A DNA stretch of 32,000 bases from Caldimicrobium thiodismutans. Lineage in GTDB: Bacteria > Desulfobacterota > Thermodesulfobacteria > Thermodesulfobacteriales > Thermodesulfobacteriaceae. The stretch is from NCBI RefSeq assembly GCF_001548275.1, contig NZ_AP014945.1, positions 270,001-302,000 on the forward strand, written 5' to 3'. The notes beneath the pieces are model-generated. The model made no database searches. It saw nothing but the letters and a program-made list of their open reading frames with translations, and was not told where the DNA came from. Every line of letters begins with the position of its first letter. Position 1 is the first letter of the stretch. The position numbers and the translations under genes are program-made. This document shows positions 29,302 to 32,000 of this stretch, piece after piece.

Positions 29302-29730
29302 ATGGCAAGGATTTTTCTTGAGATCATCACACCCGATAGGGTAGTGGTGAGTGAGGAAGTTGACATTGTTACAGCTCCAGGGGTCGCAGGTGAGTTTGGT
29401 GTGCTTGCTAATCATGCTCCTATGGTTGCAGCTATAAAGATTGGGGCCTTGAGATATAGAGTGGGAGATAAAGAGGAGTGGGTAGCTGTAAGTGGGGGTT
29501 TCTGTGAGGTCTCTGGAAATAAGATTACCTTTTTAGTTGAAGCAGCTGAAAAGGCTTACGAAATTGATGTGGAAAGGGCCTTGAGGGCAAAGGAAAGAGC
29601 CGAAAAGAGACTTCAGGAGTATCAGGCCAAAGTTGAGCATATAGACCATGTAAGGGCCAGAGCCGCTCTCCAGAGGGCCCTAACTCGTTTAGCTGTAGCT
29701 GAAAGAGCAAAGTCAGGGCATCCACGCTAA
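29302..29730 (+). CDS. atpC: F0F1 ATP synthase subunit epsilon
   Basis: Beta-sandwich N-domain (EIITPDRVV...VTAPGVAGEFGVLANHAP) plus a two-helix C-domain. Last gene before the terminator. Confidence 0.9.
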   Translation: MARIFLEIITPDRVVVSEEVDIVTAPGVAGEFGVLANHAPMVAAIKIGALRYRVGDKEEWVAVSGGFCEVSGNKITFLVEAAEKAYEIDVERALRAKERAEKRLQEYQAKVEHIDHVRARAALQRALTRLAVAERAKSGHPR

Positions 29731-29758
29731 ATATAAGAAGATCCTTTTTTATTTTGAG

Positions 29759-29788
29759 GGCCGGTTCCAACCGGCCTTTTTTATTTTT
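29759..29788 (+). terminator. Rho-independent terminator after atpC
   Basis: GGCCGG-TTCCAA-CCGGCC followed by TTTTTTATTTTT. Confidence 0.8.
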
Positions 29789-29799
29789 ACAGGTATTTA

Positions 29800-30351
29800 A
29801 TGCATAAAGGAGAATTTCGGGAGTATTTTAAAAAACTTAGAGCTCTTCAATCAGATAAAGACTGGAAGGAGAGGTCTGAAAGGATTTGTCAGATTTTTCT
29901 CTCTTCTGAGTTCTATCAAAAATCTCAAAAGATTGCCTTTTTTTATTATATCAATAAAGAGGTGAATCTTTATTCTGCTATAGATAGAGCTTTAAAGGAA
30001 AAAGAGGTTTATTTGCCTTGTACCCATCTTGATACAAAGACTCTCAGTTTCCACAAATTTTTTGATTTTTCAGAACTTGTTAAAGGAGCCTTTGGTATAT
30101 TAGAACCTCCCAAAGAAAATCCAGTTCTTTTGCCAGAGGCTCTGGATTTAATCCTTGTCCCAGGGCTTGCCTTTGATAGAAAAATGGGAAGGCTTGGCTA
30201 TGGAGGAGGCTTTTACGATCGGTTTCTTGCTAAGACCAAAGCCCTAAAAATAGGGGTTGCCTTTTCCTTCCAGATAGTAGATCAATTACCACAAGACCCC
30301 TTGGATCAGAAGGTTGACCTAATTTTAACTGAAGAGGGTTTTTTCCGTTAA
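29800..30351 (+). CDS. 5-formyltetrahydrofolate cyclo-ligase
   Basis: LILVPGLAFDRKMGRLGYGGGFYDRFL is the family signature. 183 aa. Confidence 0.85.
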   Translation: MHKGEFREYFKKLRALQSDKDWKERSERICQIFLSSEFYQKSQKIAFFYYINKEVNLYSAIDRALKEKEVYLPCTHLDTKTLSFHKFFDFSELVKGAFGILEPPKENPVLLPEALDLILVPGLAFDRKMGRLGYGGGFYDRFLAKTKALKIGVAFSFQIVDQLPQDPLDQKVDLILTEEGFFR

Positions 30352-30543
30352 GTTTCATGGCAGACAGACCTACCTGTGCAGACAGGAAAGATATGAAAGT
30401 ATACAATTCTCTGTAATGCCTCATTTAATTTTCTAAAGGAAATTATTTTACCTCCCCCTCCTTTTTATGGTCAATTTTTTCACCGAAAATAATTCCCTTT
30501 TTTCTCTAAATATGCTTTCTCAAGCATTTTATGATATCTCCTT

Positions 30544-30567
30544 ATCTTTCTATAAATCTTTCTATAA
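30544..30567. repeat. Perfect tandem duplication of a 12-mer (ATCTTTCTATAA x2) in non-coding DNA
   Basis: Read directly: 30544-30555 equals 30556-30567. Confidence 0.8.
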
Positions 30568-30740
30568 AGCTCCTCACCCACTCTTTCCTTGAAATAAGCT
30601 TTGCGAAAGAACTAAGCTTGTAAATTTAAGAAGGGCGAAATAGATAGTTTTTTCGTGAAGGTTAAATAGAGGAGCTGTGGTTTTTTATATGAGGCAACGA
30701 TAAAATTTCAAATAGATTTTTAATGAGGCAATTCGTTCTC

Positions 30741-30768
30741 TTGAAATACTTCTAAATTCTGGCAAAAT
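30741..30768 (+). promoter_or_regulatory. Candidate promoter of the Rpn-family gene (leaderless layout)
   Basis: TTGAAA (30741-30746), 16-nt spacer, CAAAAT (30763-30768), 6 nt (ACCTCT), ATG (30775). There is no SD. Confidence 0.3.
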
Positions 30769-30774
30769 ACCTCT

Positions 30775-31797
30775 ATGTCAAAGAAGAAACCTCCTGTTCC
30801 CTATGACCTTTTTGCCAAGGCCTTCCTCAAAGACCCAGAAAACTTAAAAGGCTTCCTCTCAACCTTCCTCCCTGAGCATATTAAAACTCATCTTGACCTT
30901 GACTCCCTTAGAATCATTCCGGAAGAACAAGTTTCTCTCTCAAGAAAAAAGCGAGAAATCCCGGACCTTGTTGCTGAGGTTAATCTTCTTAGTGAAGGAA
31001 AACCTTCAACTAAAGCCCATCTCTACATCCTTATTGAGCACAAAAGTGCACCTGATAAAAGAATTTACCTTCAGATTTTAAATTACATAACCGCATTAAA
31101 TGAGAGGTCTTTCAAGGAGGGGAAGGGGTATGTGCCTGTTTTACCCCTTGTATTCTATGAAGGGAATAAGCCCTGGGGGTATCCTGAAAGGATAGAGGAG
31201 ATATTTTCAGTGCCAGAGGGGTTAAAGGGAGAACTTTTTAAGGTTCATGTGGTAGATTTAAAGAGGGTAGAGGATGAGAAGATATTGAGGATATTTGATA
31301 TTTTAGCAGGGCTTGGGTGTTATCTTTATTTAATAAAGGCGGAAGCAGGTAATTTTGAAGAGATAATTGAAGTTATTACAAGGGCGATAGAGAGATTAGT
31401 AGCGATAGGGGAGAAGGGGAGGTGGGAGATAGGGTTTTTGATAGAGATAGCAGTAATAAAGAGTGGGGTTGACGAGGAGGTAATCTGGTTTAATATATTA
31501 GATAGGTGTGGAGAAGAGGGGGTAAAGATGGAGTTAAAGAGCTTTTGGGATAGAGTGGGAGAGAAGTTTTATAAGCAGGGAATTGAGCAGGGGATTCAGC
31601 AGGGGAAATATCAGGGGTTAATTGAGGATGCAAGGGAGCTTGTGCTTGAGGCCATAGAGGTGAAGCTCGGGTATGTGCCTGAGGAAGTGAGGGAGAGGGT
31701 GGTAAGAGAAGAGGATAGAGGAGTTCTTAAGGAGTGGCTTAGGAAAATAATTCTTGCTAAGAGCTCTGAAGATATTATTAAACTTTTTACAAGTTGA
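30775..31797 (+). CDS. Rpn/YhgA-family recombination-promoting nuclease / putative transposase (PD-(D/E)XK) with DUF4351-like C-terminal tail
   Basis: YDLFAKAFLKDPENLKGFLSTFLP..., IPDLVAEVNL...LYILIEHKS (D...E-x-K core) and PVLPLVFYEG. The C-terminal tail has a GIEQGIQQGKYQG repeat followed by LGYVPEEVRERV. Confidence 0.75.
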   Translation: MSKKKPPVPYDLFAKAFLKDPENLKGFLSTFLPEHIKTHLDLDSLRIIPEEQVSLSRKKREIPDLVAEVNLLSEGKPSTKAHLYILIEHKSAPDKRIYLQILNYITALNERSFKEGKGYVPVLPLVFYEGNKPWGYPERIEEIFSVPEGLKGELFKVHVVDLKRVEDEKILRIFDILAGLGCYLYLIKAEAGNFEEIIEVITRAIERLVAIGEKGRWEIGFLIEIAVIKSGVDEEVIWFNILDRCGEEGVKMELKSFWDRVGEKFYKQGIEQGIQQGKYQGLIEDARELVLEAIEVKLGYVPEEVRERVVREEDRGVLKEWLRKIILAKSSEDIIKLFTS

Positions 31798-31891
31798 AAA
31801 AGTCTCATCGAGTTTCAAAAGATATTGATATATAAAAGGCCTAACAGAGAAGAGGTAGAAAGGGATAGAGAAAAAGGGTCAAGAATAAGGT

Positions 31892-32000
31892 GTGGATATT
31901 TCAAAGGAATACTATACCACGCTAAAAAATAATCTTGAGAAGGTTTTTGAAAGGGTAGAAAATGCAGTTTTGCGCAGTAAAAGAAGGCTTGAAGAAGTTA
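31892..32000 (+). CDS. Possible 5' end of a YggS-family PLP-binding protein (partial, runs off the window)
   Basis: My own translation from the GTG at 31892 gives (M)DISKEYYTTLKNNLEKVFERVENAVLRSKRRLEEV. This resembles the YggS N-terminus (..NL..V..RI..A......R....V). Only 36 codons are visible and the RBS is weak. Confidence 0.3.
   Translation, partial: MDISKEYYTTLKNNLEKVFERVENAVLRSKRRLEEV

Noticed and set aside
30451-30465. Very strong SD-like purine tract (minus strand AAAAGGAGGGGGAGG) suggesting a hidden small gene
   Set aside because: The nearest ATG is about 27 nt downstream (the 64-aa ORF 30230-30424, antisense to the MTHFS 3' end). No canonical start lies within 5-10 nt. More likely a relic, and noted under the Rpn-flank finding.
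31800-31825. Possible third copy of the TAAGTCTCAAAAGA element (AAGTCTCA...CAAAAGATAT) upstream of the YggS-like start
   Set aside because: The two halves are split by an 8-10-nt insertion. The element is on the other strand relative to the pattern and is not followed by TTGACAGGG at 19 nt. It could be a chance match, so I only flag it for the genome-wide motif search.

Overview
The window is visibly AT-rich and its proteins are rich in Lys and Glu. The organism is diderm: the window encodes a beta-barrel outer-membrane protein, MreCD/PBP2/RodA and a heptose-kinase LPS core gene. By inference only, it is probably a thermophile of the Thermodesulfobacteriota or Aquificota kind. Almost all of the window is tightly packed core genome. 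On the minus strand: a partial MscS channel, RmuC-like, BirA, tRNA-Arg(CCG), an AAA-ATPase/PD-(D/E)XK protein, and a gatB-mtnA-rex-dut-thyX operon. On the plus strand: pepP, a recA-hldA-eno-pmbA-[mntA-hepT]-trpD gene string, a coiled-coil porin, mreC-mreD-mrdA-rodA, an F1Fo operon (b', b, delta, alpha, gamma, beta, epsilon; no a or c subunit), 5-formyl-THF cyclo-ligase, an Rpn/YhgA-type PD-(D/E)XK nuclease, and the start of a YggS-like gene. I found no CRISPR array, rRNA, IS element with terminal repeats or prophage. I could not identify a convincing multi-gene novel system, and I say so plainly. The signals I consider most worth a second look are: (1) a roughly 60-nt promoter module duplicated upstream of mscS and gatB; (2) a recurring promoter-abuts-ATG (leaderless) layout at the heads of accessory genes; (3) a ThyX homologue with a roughly 100-aa insertion and altered signature residues, coupled to dut and downstream of a Rex with a degenerate glycine loop; (4) a 625-bp gatB/recA spacer with nested inverted repeats and a doubtful small ORF; (5) an MNT/HEPN toxin-antitoxin pair spliced into a housekeeping operon; (6) two orphan PD-(D/E)XK nuclease genes.
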